Part shown: one piece after another, positions 38,423 through 45,643 of the stretch
Layout of the letters: each line of letters begins with the position of its first letter
Numbering within the stretch: the stretch's first letter is position 1
Made by a program: the position numbers and the translations under genes
NCBI GenBank assembly: GCA_041690595.1
Contig: JAWLHB010000057.1
Coordinates: 1-45,643, forward strand
Source of the DNA: Lentisphaeria bacterium
GTDB lineage: Bacteria; Verrucomicrobiota; Lentisphaeria; JABSQK01; JAWLHB01
DNA: 45,643 bases
Reading direction: 5' to 3'
Notes under the pieces: model-generated
Database searches by the model: none
Told to the model about the DNA's origin: nothing
Seen by the model: only the letters and a program-made list of their open reading frames with translations

Positions 38423-38698
38423 AAAAGATCGGTCGAAAGGTCGGTCCGTAAAACCTCGGTCCCACTTCCGAAAAGATCGGTCGAAAGGTCGGTCCATCGG
38501 CGCCACCCACTCGCGTCCGTTTCGTCCGTACACATCCCCGTCCCAGGAACGTCACGCCCTCCTGCTGCTGCATCGCTACCTCCCAAAAGATCGGTCGAAA
38601 GGTCGGTCCGCAAAACCTCGGTCCCACTTCCGAAAAGATCGGTCGAAAGGTCGGTCCATCGGCGCCACCCACTCGCGTCCGTTTCGTCAGACACATCC
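38423..38698. repeat. Duplicated ~115-bp element (copy 1 at 38423-38537, copy 2 at 38585-38698). Each copy has two 24-bp AAAGATCGGTCGAAAGGTCGGTCC motifs, giving four GGTCG-AAA-GGTCG direct-repeat sites in total.
   Basis: Read directly. The copies differ at 3-4 positions. Track ORFs 38295..38837 and 38335..38781 come from this repeat and are judged spurious. Confidence 0.85.
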
Positions 38699-39089
38699 GC
38701 GGCGCGCATCCCAAAGGCCATACTTCCCCTATTCCCATCCTTCCCTCTCCCGGGCATCCCACTACCCAAGCACGTTCCCACCCTTCATGACCTCTACATC
38801 TAACTATAAACATACACCCCCATAACCCAAAAGTCAAGCCCTAAAAACAAAAAGAGTACCCTTCCGCCCCGCCTCATGTAACATCCGTCCACGGACCGCG
38901 TCCACCAGGCGCCACATGCTCCGGGCTGCGTAGCTAATGGTTGTCGACAATCCGCTTCACCCCGGCTCGATAGCTGGCCGGGTCGACCGGCTTGCGCGTT
39001 GTCGCGTCAAGCTGCAAGCGTTGCGACTGGATGAGCCAGATAGCGATCCGAATATTGTCTCACCCGCCACACCATGTCCGACTTGTCCG

Positions 39090-39165
39090 ACTCGTCCGAC
39101 CACAGACCACCCCGCCTCCCCAGCGGGGACCGGGGCAGCTCCCCACCGATGGTCTCGCGTCCGCC
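39090..39165. repeat. REP-like GC-rich palindromic repeat, copy 1 (…ctcgtccgaccacagaccaccccgcctccccagcggggaccggggcagctcccc…)
   Basis: Shares the core CCTCCCCAGCGG(G/A)G(A/T)CCGGGGCAGC with the copies near 43011, 44289 and 44793. Lies immediately 3' of the 1251-aa gene. Confidence 0.75.
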
Positions 39166-39169
39166 CTCG

Positions 39170-42100
39170 CTACTCTCCTTCCCCAGTCTCCGCGGGAATG
39201 GGAACTGCCCGTAGCCCAGTTGTCGAGCAACGTTCACGGTCCCATGTGAAGAAGCATTCGGCTTCAACGGCAATCTCGCTCTCGTCTTGATTGGTCGAGT
39301 AAATAACGCGCGTGCCATTGCTTTGCAGCCAATCCTTCACCCCACCTGCCGTGCCACGCAAAAACGAGTCAGTCGATGCCAACAGCTCCCCCCATCCTGG
39401 TCGTTCGAGGGTGATCCTCTCGATAGCTCCGCTGGTTCCGACGAAGTCAATCCTGTATAGACCGATAATCTCATCCACTTGCCAGTTGAAGCCATTGGGT
39501 GCGGATATCGAAAACCCACTTTCCGGGTCCTCCACCACTGCCTCTTCCGGCAGCAACTGCAAGCGCTTCGTCCGTCCCCAGAAGACCCAGGCACGGGCAG
39601 CACTTATGCAAATGTCGACAATACTGGCACGTACGCTGTCACGCGTCGGAACGCCAACCTCAGGATGAAACGCAAAGTCAACCGTGGATGAGGCGATCCC
39701 CTGCCCCAACAACCTGTACTCCCTGCCCTCAAAATCGGCACGTTGCAGGCCCAGCGTCGCCGAATTCTCTGCAAGTATCAGCTGCTCTCCCTGCCAAAGC
39801 TCCACTCCTGGACCAATCGAGATCGAGTAGCTCCCTTCAGTAGACGCAGGCATATAGCTGTCGAAGTGAATACTGCCTGCCGTATTGGTCGCGATCAGCG
39901 CCCCATACAGCTCTTCGTTCAAGTCGCTCAGCCGATTCCCGGTGCCGTCGAAAATCGTCACGTCGACACCGATCACCGTGACCACCAGCTTCCCTCCCTG
40001 CGGCGTTGTCACCGTGTACTCCCCCGGATGCAGCCCCACAAAGCGGCTGCCATCATAATTGCCGACCCAGGCCGTACTCTCCGCGCACTCTATCCAGGCA
40101 GGAATACTCAGCACGTGGCGCTCCGTCCACGGCTCGCCCGAATCCCATTGGCCATTGCTGTTCAGATCCAGATACTCCGATTCCACCGGATCTCTCACGC
40201 CATTCAAGGGAATCGCACTGCACTCATACCACACGTTCGCCTGAACAGGCAATTCCTGCCCGGGCTGCACATACGGCGTGGCGCAGCCGATGATCACCCC
40301 GATCTGCTTGAGGCTGACGTCAAGATGGACATCGTCACCGGCTCCACCACCTGCGCCTCCTCGGTCGACGTTCATAGCGGCCAATGCCCCTTGTACCTGC
40401 TTCAGTTCTTCCACCGTTCCGAAGCGGTTGCTCCAGACCTCTCCCGTCGTCGTTCCATCCAGCCACAGCCGCAGCGTCTCCACCTTTTTCTTCTGCTCGT
40501 GAAGATCGCTGATCTTCTGGGCCGTGAAGGTTGCCCTCACCGGGGCGGACTCGTTGCCGGCACGGTCGACGGCCACCACCTCCACGGTGCATGTCTCGCC
40601 TTCCGTCAGGCCACTGATTGTTCTGGTGTTGACCACCGCGGCATCCTGCGGTTCGCCATTCACCTTATACTGCACGGCGTCCAACGAAGGTGATGGCAGC
40701 CACATGGCGACGCCGCCGACTGCATCAACCGACGGATACGCATGCAGGGGGCCTGGGGGCTCCGGAGGCGTGGTGTCCTTGCCGTAATACAGACGGCTCC
40801 ATGTCACATTCTCCGCACTGTCCTCCAGCATCACAAAAACGTAGTGAAGCCCTTCTTCAGCATCGAGATCCACGGATACGGGCCCTGGTTCGTCAAGGAT
40901 GTACGCATAGGTAGCAGGGTCCGAATAGTGCGTGATTGTGAGCGTGTAGGGCGGCAGCCCTCCACCAATGCTGCCGCTCAGACATACCTTGTCGCCCGAC
41001 GTCCAGAACAACGAGTCGGGCTCAGCTCCGTCGAGAACGAGACGCAGCTCGTCCTGATAGAGGAATGGCAACGACGCCTCACCCCATTCTGTCGAGACCA
41101 CCACGTCGACTGTCCCAGGCGCACAAGCTGGAGACAAAGCCTTCATCTCTCCACGGTGCAGCAAACTCACCTCTCGTGCTGGAACGCCGCCAAAGGTTAC
41201 GGCTGTCTCGCCAGTGAACCACGATCCGGAAAGGGTTATCCATTTGCCTCCACTGGCAGTGTCGAAAGCTGGCTGCACCTGCACCAGCGTCGGAGGCCGC
41301 GGAACGGCAATATCAAACCTGCTGACCGCACTGGTCACGTTTCCCGCCACATCCTTGGCCAGGATGAACAGGCTGTAGGTACCGTTCTCCCAATCCATCG
41401 CAGGCGTGTACGTTAGCTCTCCATTCTCCAGTGTGGGCGTGAGTTCCCCAATCGGATCGACGGACAAGCTGACGGATTCCAGCGCGATTCCACTAAGCTC
41501 ATCGGCAAGTCGTGCCCGAATAGTCGGACGCGAAGTCGTCAGTTCGGCTCTGTTGGCAGGAAAGAGCACCTCCAGTTCCGGAGGCGTCAGATCGAGCTTC
41601 ACCTCGACAGTCGATGGCTCTTCCTCATTGCCATGCAGATCGATACTGTAGAAGGTCAAGGTATGCAGGCCTTCTGTCTGGATGATGGCATGGACGCCCG
41701 TCTCCATGGCTCCACCATCGATGCTGAAGCGAGTCATGGCCAAGCCGAATTCATCTGTCGCCGACAGGATAATGAACGCCGATTCCGAACTCCACTGCCC
41801 ATCATGCTCATAGTCATGCACGGTCACTGGTGGAGTCGTATCGGGTGGGTCCATCTGGTCGAAGGCAAAGACGACCGCCCCGGGAATGGCGATCCTTTCA
41901 CTGAAGTGGGTACCTCCGGCATACTCTACACCGAACGTCACTTCAGGATGCGTCTCTGCCTCCACTCTGAAGCGCGCAATGCCTTCTCCGTTCGTTAGTT
42001 CCTCCATGCCAAGATAGGTGCTCTTGCTCGCATCCCACATCTGAACCACACGACCAGCGACCGGCTGATCGATCGCGGTAATCCTCACCGTCGTCAACAC

Positions 42101-42925
42101 TGGAGTATCCAGCACCGTTGATTCGGGCGCAGTGAGCACGTCGGTCCAAAGATCGATCCCACTCTCCTCGTGATCCACAAGCCGCAGCTTCACCGCGACC
42201 CCGGGGGAAACGTAGAACACCGCCTTCCCAGCGACAGTGGTCCGTCGCTCCTGGCCGAGGAAGATGCTCCCCGTTTCGTCCCAAAGCTGCACGCGACAAT
42301 CCCGCATCGACGCGCCGCCAGATGTGATCGTGACACACACCAGCGACAAGGCGGTAAGACCCTCTGCCGGAACTCCGGTCGAATCGGCCGCGAGGGGAAT
42401 GCTCGCGCATACACTCGCCGGTGCCGTAACGATGTCCGTGAAAAAGTGCCGCCCGGCATCCGTGACACGAAAGCGAAAGCGCTCATCCGCCGCGACCGGG
42501 AAGGATACCTCACCTGCCGTATCGCTCACCAGTCGCTCGCCCAGATAGGCCTTTCCCGATTCATCCCATAGCTCAACGATCCGTCCTCCCGCCGGTTGAT
42601 CCCCCCAGACAAGCGTGAGCACGGAACCGACAGGCAGGTCAATCGTGCCGCTTTCGTTTGCGGTCAGCAGCGGCGTCCAGAATGCGATCCCGCAATAACG
42701 CGTGCAGAATTTCAGCGATCGATCGGGAGCAAGGTCGAAGACTGCTCGTCCATCCCCTCCGGTCATCTCCGCAACTCCCGCAAAGACGCCGTCTTCACCA
42801 TACCCAAAGACAAATGCATTCGGACAGGGCTCGTTATCCACCCTCACCGTGATCGTCACCGGCCCTGCGTTTACACATCTCCATCCAACCAGAATCAGAA
42901 CCAGAATGGCTATCCTCATCACCAC
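39170..42925 (-). CDS. Large secreted multidomain cell-surface protein (tandem CarD/Cna-B-like modules, OmpL47-type/Ig-like and IPT/TIG-like domains)
   Basis: 1251 aa. N-terminal signal peptide. About three ~110-aa N-terminal repeats (…AGGRIVELWDESGKAYLG… / …RVQLWDETGSIFLG… / …RVVQMWDASKSTYLG…). A DGQW…YSIDLHGNEE… OmpL47-like motif. An IPT-like segment. Confidence 0.7.
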   Translation of the reverse strand: MVMRIAILVLILVGWRCVNAGPVTITVRVDNEPCPNAFVFGYGEDGVFAGVAEMTGGDGRAVFDLAPDRSLKFCTRYCGIAFWTPLLTANESGTIDLPVGSVLTLVWGDQPAGGRIVELWDESGKAYLGERLVSDTAGEVSFPVAADERFRFRVTDAGRHFFTDIVTAPASVCASIPLAADSTGVPAEGLTALSLVCVTITSGGASMRDCRVQLWDETGSIFLGQERRTTVAGKAVFYVSPGVAVKLRLVDHEESGIDLWTDVLTAPESTVLDTPVLTTVRITAIDQPVAGRVVQMWDASKSTYLGMEELTNGEGIARFRVEAETHPEVTFGVEYAGGTHFSERIAIPGAVVFAFDQMDPPDTTPPVTVHDYEHDGQWSSESAFIILSATDEFGLAMTRFSIDGGAMETGVHAIIQTEGLHTLTFYSIDLHGNEEEPSTVEVKLDLTPPELEVLFPANRAELTTSRPTIRARLADELSGIALESVSLSVDPIGELTPTLENGELTYTPAMDWENGTYSLFILAKDVAGNVTSAVSRFDIAVPRPPTLVQVQPAFDTASGGKWITLSGSWFTGETAVTFGGVPAREVSLLHRGEMKALSPACAPGTVDVVVSTEWGEASLPFLYQDELRLVLDGAEPDSLFWTSGDKVCLSGSIGGGLPPYTLTITHYSDPATYAYILDEPGPVSVDLDAEEGLHYVFVMLEDSAENVTWSRLYYGKDTTPPEPPGPLHAYPSVDAVGGVAMWLPSPSLDAVQYKVNGEPQDAAVVNTRTISGLTEGETCTVEVVAVDRAGNESAPVRATFTAQKISDLHEQKKKVETLRLWLDGTTTGEVWSNRFGTVEELKQVQGALAAMNVDRGGAGGGAGDDVHLDVSLKQIGVIIGCATPYVQPGQELPVQANVWYECSAIPLNGVRDPVESEYLDLNSNGQWDSGEPWTERHVLSIPAWIECAESTAWVGNYDGSRFVGLHPGEYTVTTPQGGKLVVTVIGVDVTIFDGTGNRLSDLNEELYGALIATNTAGSIHFDSYMPASTEGSYSISIGPGVELWQGEQLILAENSATLGLQRADFEGREYRLLGQGIASSTVDFAFHPEVGVPTRDSVRASIVDICISAARAWVFWGRTKRLQLLPEEAVVEDPESGFSISAPNGFNWQVDEIIGLYRIDFVGTSGAIERITLERPGWGELLASTDSFLRGTAGGVKDWLQSNGTRVIYSTNQDESEIAVEAECFFTWDRERCSTTGLRAVPIPAETGEGE

Positions 42926-43010
42926 GCTACTCCATCAATAGATGTCGCAGTTTGCAGATCCCTTTGCTACTATAGCGACACCTGCGGTCGCAGACCAGCA
43001 GAGTATCGAG

Positions 43011-43062
43011 TGGTCTGGGGAGGTGCTGCCTCCCCAGCGGGGTCCGGGGCAGCGCTCCGCGC
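43011..43062. repeat. REP-like palindromic repeat, copy 2 (GGTCTGGGGAGG-tgctg-CCTCCCCAG hairpin plus a GGGGC-agc-GCTCC hairpin)
   Basis: Read directly. Nearly identical to copy 4. Confidence 0.8.
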
Positions 43063-43098
43063 GTCGTGCAGATAGAAAAAGATGCTGCAAGCCGCACA

Positions 43099-43659
43099 TC
43101 AGGCCGAACTGCTCAACTTGCGCATTGCATGAATGAATCCAGCAGACAGAAGCACAACATTTCCACTACTGTAGGAAACAGCATCGTCCATGCCCCTATA
43201 TATACATCGACATACCGAAGCTACACTTCGAAACATCTCCAACCTTCCAACACCACGACGGTCCTTTTTACTAACCACCTCGAACACCAGCGAGCATCTT
43301 GGCAATAGCACGGACTTGAACTGCTCCCAAAAAGATGGCGAAACAATGATGAACTGCTCGTCTCTTCCATCATCAAGCACAATCCACTCCTTTGGCGTCA
43401 GAAAAGCCAATCCTCCTCCAAGCTCTATTAAAGACGGATTGCGTTCACCTTGTGGCGCATTTTCCCCGAAGACTATCTCACCACGGTTTCCAAACAGGCC
43501 GCGAAACTCAAACGTAGCCACCGCCACATCATCTGAATACCACGTAAACCGATGTTTCCTGAAAACCACAACATACTTATCCCGGCAATCCACGGGTAAG
43601 CATCCAGCCTCAACCTGAAACACCGTGAAAAGAAGATTAGCATGTATGCTCAGAAACAT
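43099..43659 (-). CDS. Hypothetical cytoplasmic protein in the lower-GC islet
   Basis: 186 aa with no recognisable family. Local GC is visibly lower than its surroundings. Confidence 0.45.
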   Translation of the reverse strand: MFLSIHANLLFTVFQVEAGCLPVDCRDKYVVVFRKHRFTWYSDDVAVATFEFRGLFGNRGEIVFGENAPQGERNPSLIELGGGLAFLTPKEWIVLDDGRDEQFIIVSPSFWEQFKSVLLPRCSLVFEVVSKKDRRGVGRLEMFRSVASVCRCIYRGMDDAVSYSSGNVVLLSAGFIHAMRKLSSSA

Positions 43660-43718
43660 CTGTTTATCCTGCTGATCATGTCAGAAACAATCAAGGGAAG
43701 TCATGAAGCCTTGACGTT

Positions 43719-44198
43719 TTAGCAAGTCATACACGTACTCCGCCTAACCTTGATCAACGTATACCCAAACAAGAATCCCCCGGCACCGAGCAGAAGATAC
43801 ACAGTGCAGTCGCCAATCCAAAATGGATCGGCAAGTACTACCAGCGCTACGGGAGGAGATTGGCTCAGCCAAAGCGCCAGGTAAAATGCAAGGCCCTTGG
43901 CTATCCAAAGGGAGAACGACAAGGTGACGCATATCAAGAACACGGCAACTATGGACTCGAGAGGATTCCTGAGCAAATACACCACCATCGCCGAGTTAAT
44001 GAAGATGACAAATAGCAGCAGATATCCAGAAAGCTCAAGCGGAACCTCAAATCCCAAGACAAGGAGCTCAACATCGCCTGGGCCGAGACGGAACCTGCTC
44101 ACAAACAAACCGAGCCATGCGATCACATACAACACGTGAACCGCCAGTTCGACCATAGCTGCCATAAGTAGTCTGGTCATCGTCATTCCAAGCGCCAT
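43719..44198 (-). CDS. Hypothetical integral membrane protein (4-5 TM helices) in the lower-GC islet
   Basis: 159 aa, strongly hydrophobic. Sits 59 nt upstream of the 186-aa gene on the same strand. Confidence 0.5.
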   Translation of the reverse strand: MALGMTMTRLLMAAMVELAVHVLYVIAWLGLFVSRFRLGPGDVELLVLGFEVPLELSGYLLLFVIFINSAMVVYLLRNPLESIVAVFLICVTLSFSLWIAKGLAFYLALWLSQSPPVALVVLADPFWIGDCTVYLLLGAGGFLFGYTLIKVRRSTCMTC

Positions 44199-44288
44199 TC
44201 TTTATTCAAGATTGTAGCTGCTTCGGCTGTCACTGACTTGCGTTGACATCGCCAACCATTCTCTCCGCCCCTTCCGACCCCGGCCGCC

Positions 44289-44365
44289 TCGTCCGACCAC
44301 AGACCACCTCGCCTCCCCAGCGGAGTCCGGGGCAGCGCCCCGCCGATCGTCCCCACGTCCCGTCC
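44289..44365. repeat. REP-like palindromic repeat, copy 3
   Basis: …ctcgtccgaccacagaccacctcgcctccccagcggagtccggggcagcgccccgccgatcgtcccc…. Confidence 0.75.
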
Positions 44366-44369
44366 GATT

Positions 44370-44720
44370 TCATTCCAGATTGAAGCCGCAGCGACGGCAC
44401 CGCTTTGGCCAACTCCCGATGAACCCCAGTGCTCTCTGGCAGGAAGGACATCTATAATTCCTCGTGTAGATAAAACTGGTGCATATGATCACTACCAAAG
44501 TGACCGCAATGCCGATGTATAACTCACCCATGATCATCTGCATCTTGGTCTCAATATCGGATTGATCGACAAAAGTCCAGTACAGAGCAAACATGCTCTG
44601 CGCGACCATAAGCAAAAGAGGAATCGTCGCCACAAGCATGCAGTTCCTCTTCCGCCTCTTCCAGATGCGTCTCAGGTCATCATCTTCCTCATTTCTCACT
44701 TCTGTTTCCACGCCAGACAT
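44370..44720 (-). CDS. Small membrane protein with C-terminal CxxC…CxxC zinc-ribbon
   Basis: 116 aa. Two hydrophobic helices, then CPSCQRALGF…CRRCG. Confidence 0.45.
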   Translation of the reverse strand: MSGVETEVRNEEDDDLRRIWKRRKRNCMLVATIPLLLMVAQSMFALYWTFVDQSDIETKMQMIMGELYIGIAVTLVVIICTSFIYTRNYRCPSCQRALGFIGSWPKRCRRCGFNLE

Positions 44721-44792
44721 CCTCGTCGCTGAGTTTCAACCCTACACTGTAGTCATCAGCATCATCGCTTGTCAAGCAACAAGACGTATCGA

Positions 44793-44880
44793 GGGGTCTG
44801 GGGAGGTGCTGCCTCCCCAGCGGGGTCCGGGGCAGCGCCCCGCCGATCGTCCCCGCGTCTCCGCGTCCCCGCGTCTCCCT
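44793..44880. repeat. REP-like palindromic repeat, copy 4
   Basis: …ggtctggggaggtgctgcctccccagcggggtccggggcagcgccccgccgatcgtccccgcgtctccgcgtccccgcgtctccc…. Confidence 0.8.
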
Positions 44881-44983
44881 TCACCGTCTCTTCATGCAGG
44901 CTTAACCGTTGGGCGCTCCGAAGCGGCGCCACGTCGACTACACTATAAGCAACACGAAAAGCATGAGACACAAGGAGACCAGT

Positions 44984-45469
44984 ATGACAACCAGAGACCA
45001 TCAGGTGCGGGAGCTCATCAGCCAGTTCCAGGAGCTCTTCCCGCCGGTACATTCACTCGACCTCGGCTTCCGCGATTGCGCCTGCCGCCTCTACTCCAAC
45101 GCCCCGCCCCTCCTCGACAAGCTGCGGCTCCATTACCACGGCTGCATCGCCGGCCGCGCCTCCCCGGAGCTGCTCATCACCCTCCTGCAGACGCCGCCCT
45201 TCCTCCTCGACGACGCCTACGACATCAAGCTCGCCGGCAGACGCGGCCCCACCATCGGCGGCGACGCCGTCGACGACCTCGATGGGCGACTCATCCACAA
45301 CCGCGAGTGCGGCATGCTCGCCCTGCTCGACAGCAACCGCTTCCTGATCATGGGACCGGGCCTGGAGAAGACCAGTGTCATCATCGACTTCATTTACGGC
45401 GTTTATCACCTCTGGCTCTGCCGGAAGTTGAGACAAAGCCAGTCGGCGCCCTGCCCGCAGTTGCCGTAA
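44984..45469 (+). CDS. Hypothetical protein (start chosen at ATG 44984, which has an AAGGAGA Shine-Dalgarno)
   Basis: 162 aa, no family recognised. The overlapping 335-aa track ORF 44593..45600 is Arg/Pro-rich, spans the repeat, and is judged spurious. Confidence 0.4.
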   Translation: MTTRDHQVRELISQFQELFPPVHSLDLGFRDCACRLYSNAPPLLDKLRLHYHGCIAGRASPELLITLLQTPPFLLDDAYDIKLAGRRGPTIGGDAVDDLDGRLIHNRECGMLALLDSNRFLIMGPGLEKTSVIIDFIYGVYHLWLCRKLRQSQSAPCPQLP

Positions 45470-45643
45470 AGAGCGCGCCATTCTCGACACGCCCGGCAAG
45501 GCGGGAGGGGTTCTCCGAACCGCGACTTGCGCTTTGCCATCTCTCCAACTATGTATGCCTTCAAGTGTTCATGGCTAAAAGATCTCCAGATTTTTTGTGA
45601 ATGGCTGCGACGAGTGCGTCAATAAAATGTTGATAACTCTGGT

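Noticed and set aside
38295-38837. Two overlapping minus-strand ORFs containing repeated peptide GPTFRPIFSEVGPRF
   Set aside because: The periodicity comes from the duplicated 115-bp DNA element. It is intergenic between two well-supported genes.
44593-45600. 335-aa Arg/Pro-rich ORF spanning REP copy 4
   Set aside because: Low-complexity translation that reads through the palindromic repeat. The alternative frame (44984..45469) has a proper Shine-Dalgarno and a globular composition.

Overview
High-GC (~65% by eye) bacterial chromosomal segment. The gene content points to a PVC-superphylum organism (Planctomycetota / Lentisphaerota / Verrucomicrobiota-like), chiefly because of a prepilin-type N-terminal methylation gene with a DUF1559/H-X9-DG-type body. 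The window is mostly housekeeping and envelope genes: RNase R, Obg, ProS, SerA, DegP, FtsB, a TonB-dependent receptor, tRNA-Ala(CGC). Accessory content sits among them. The main items are: (1) a family-1 encapsulin operon with a ferritin-like EncFtn cargo carrying a C-terminal GSLRIGKL targeting peptide. It is preceded by a four-helix-bundle (23S-IVS/Avd-like) gene and a 16-copy 9-bp microsatellite at the window edge, and it converges on a NikR-terminated operon of three alpha/beta hydrolases. (2) A GT9 heptosyltransferase gene split by a +/-1 frameshift inside a poly(A)9 tract, which is a candidate phase-variable LPS-core gene or a homopolymer sequencing error. (3) A lower-GC islet of three small genes (two membrane proteins, one carrying a zinc ribbon) delimited by four copies of a GC-rich REP-like palindromic repeat. 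The same repeat also brackets a 1251-aa multidomain surface protein. (4) A duplicated ~115-bp element carrying four GGTCG-AAA-GGTCG direct-repeat motifs upstream of a sucrose-phosphorylase-like gene. (5) Unusual fusions: Gfo/Idh/MocA oxidoreductase with an aldo-keto reductase, and a response-regulator receiver with a Hanks Ser/Thr kinase. There is also an orphan AmmeMemoRadiSam-type radical SAM enzyme. Many long antisense ORFs in the supplied track are GC-driven artefacts and were not called.
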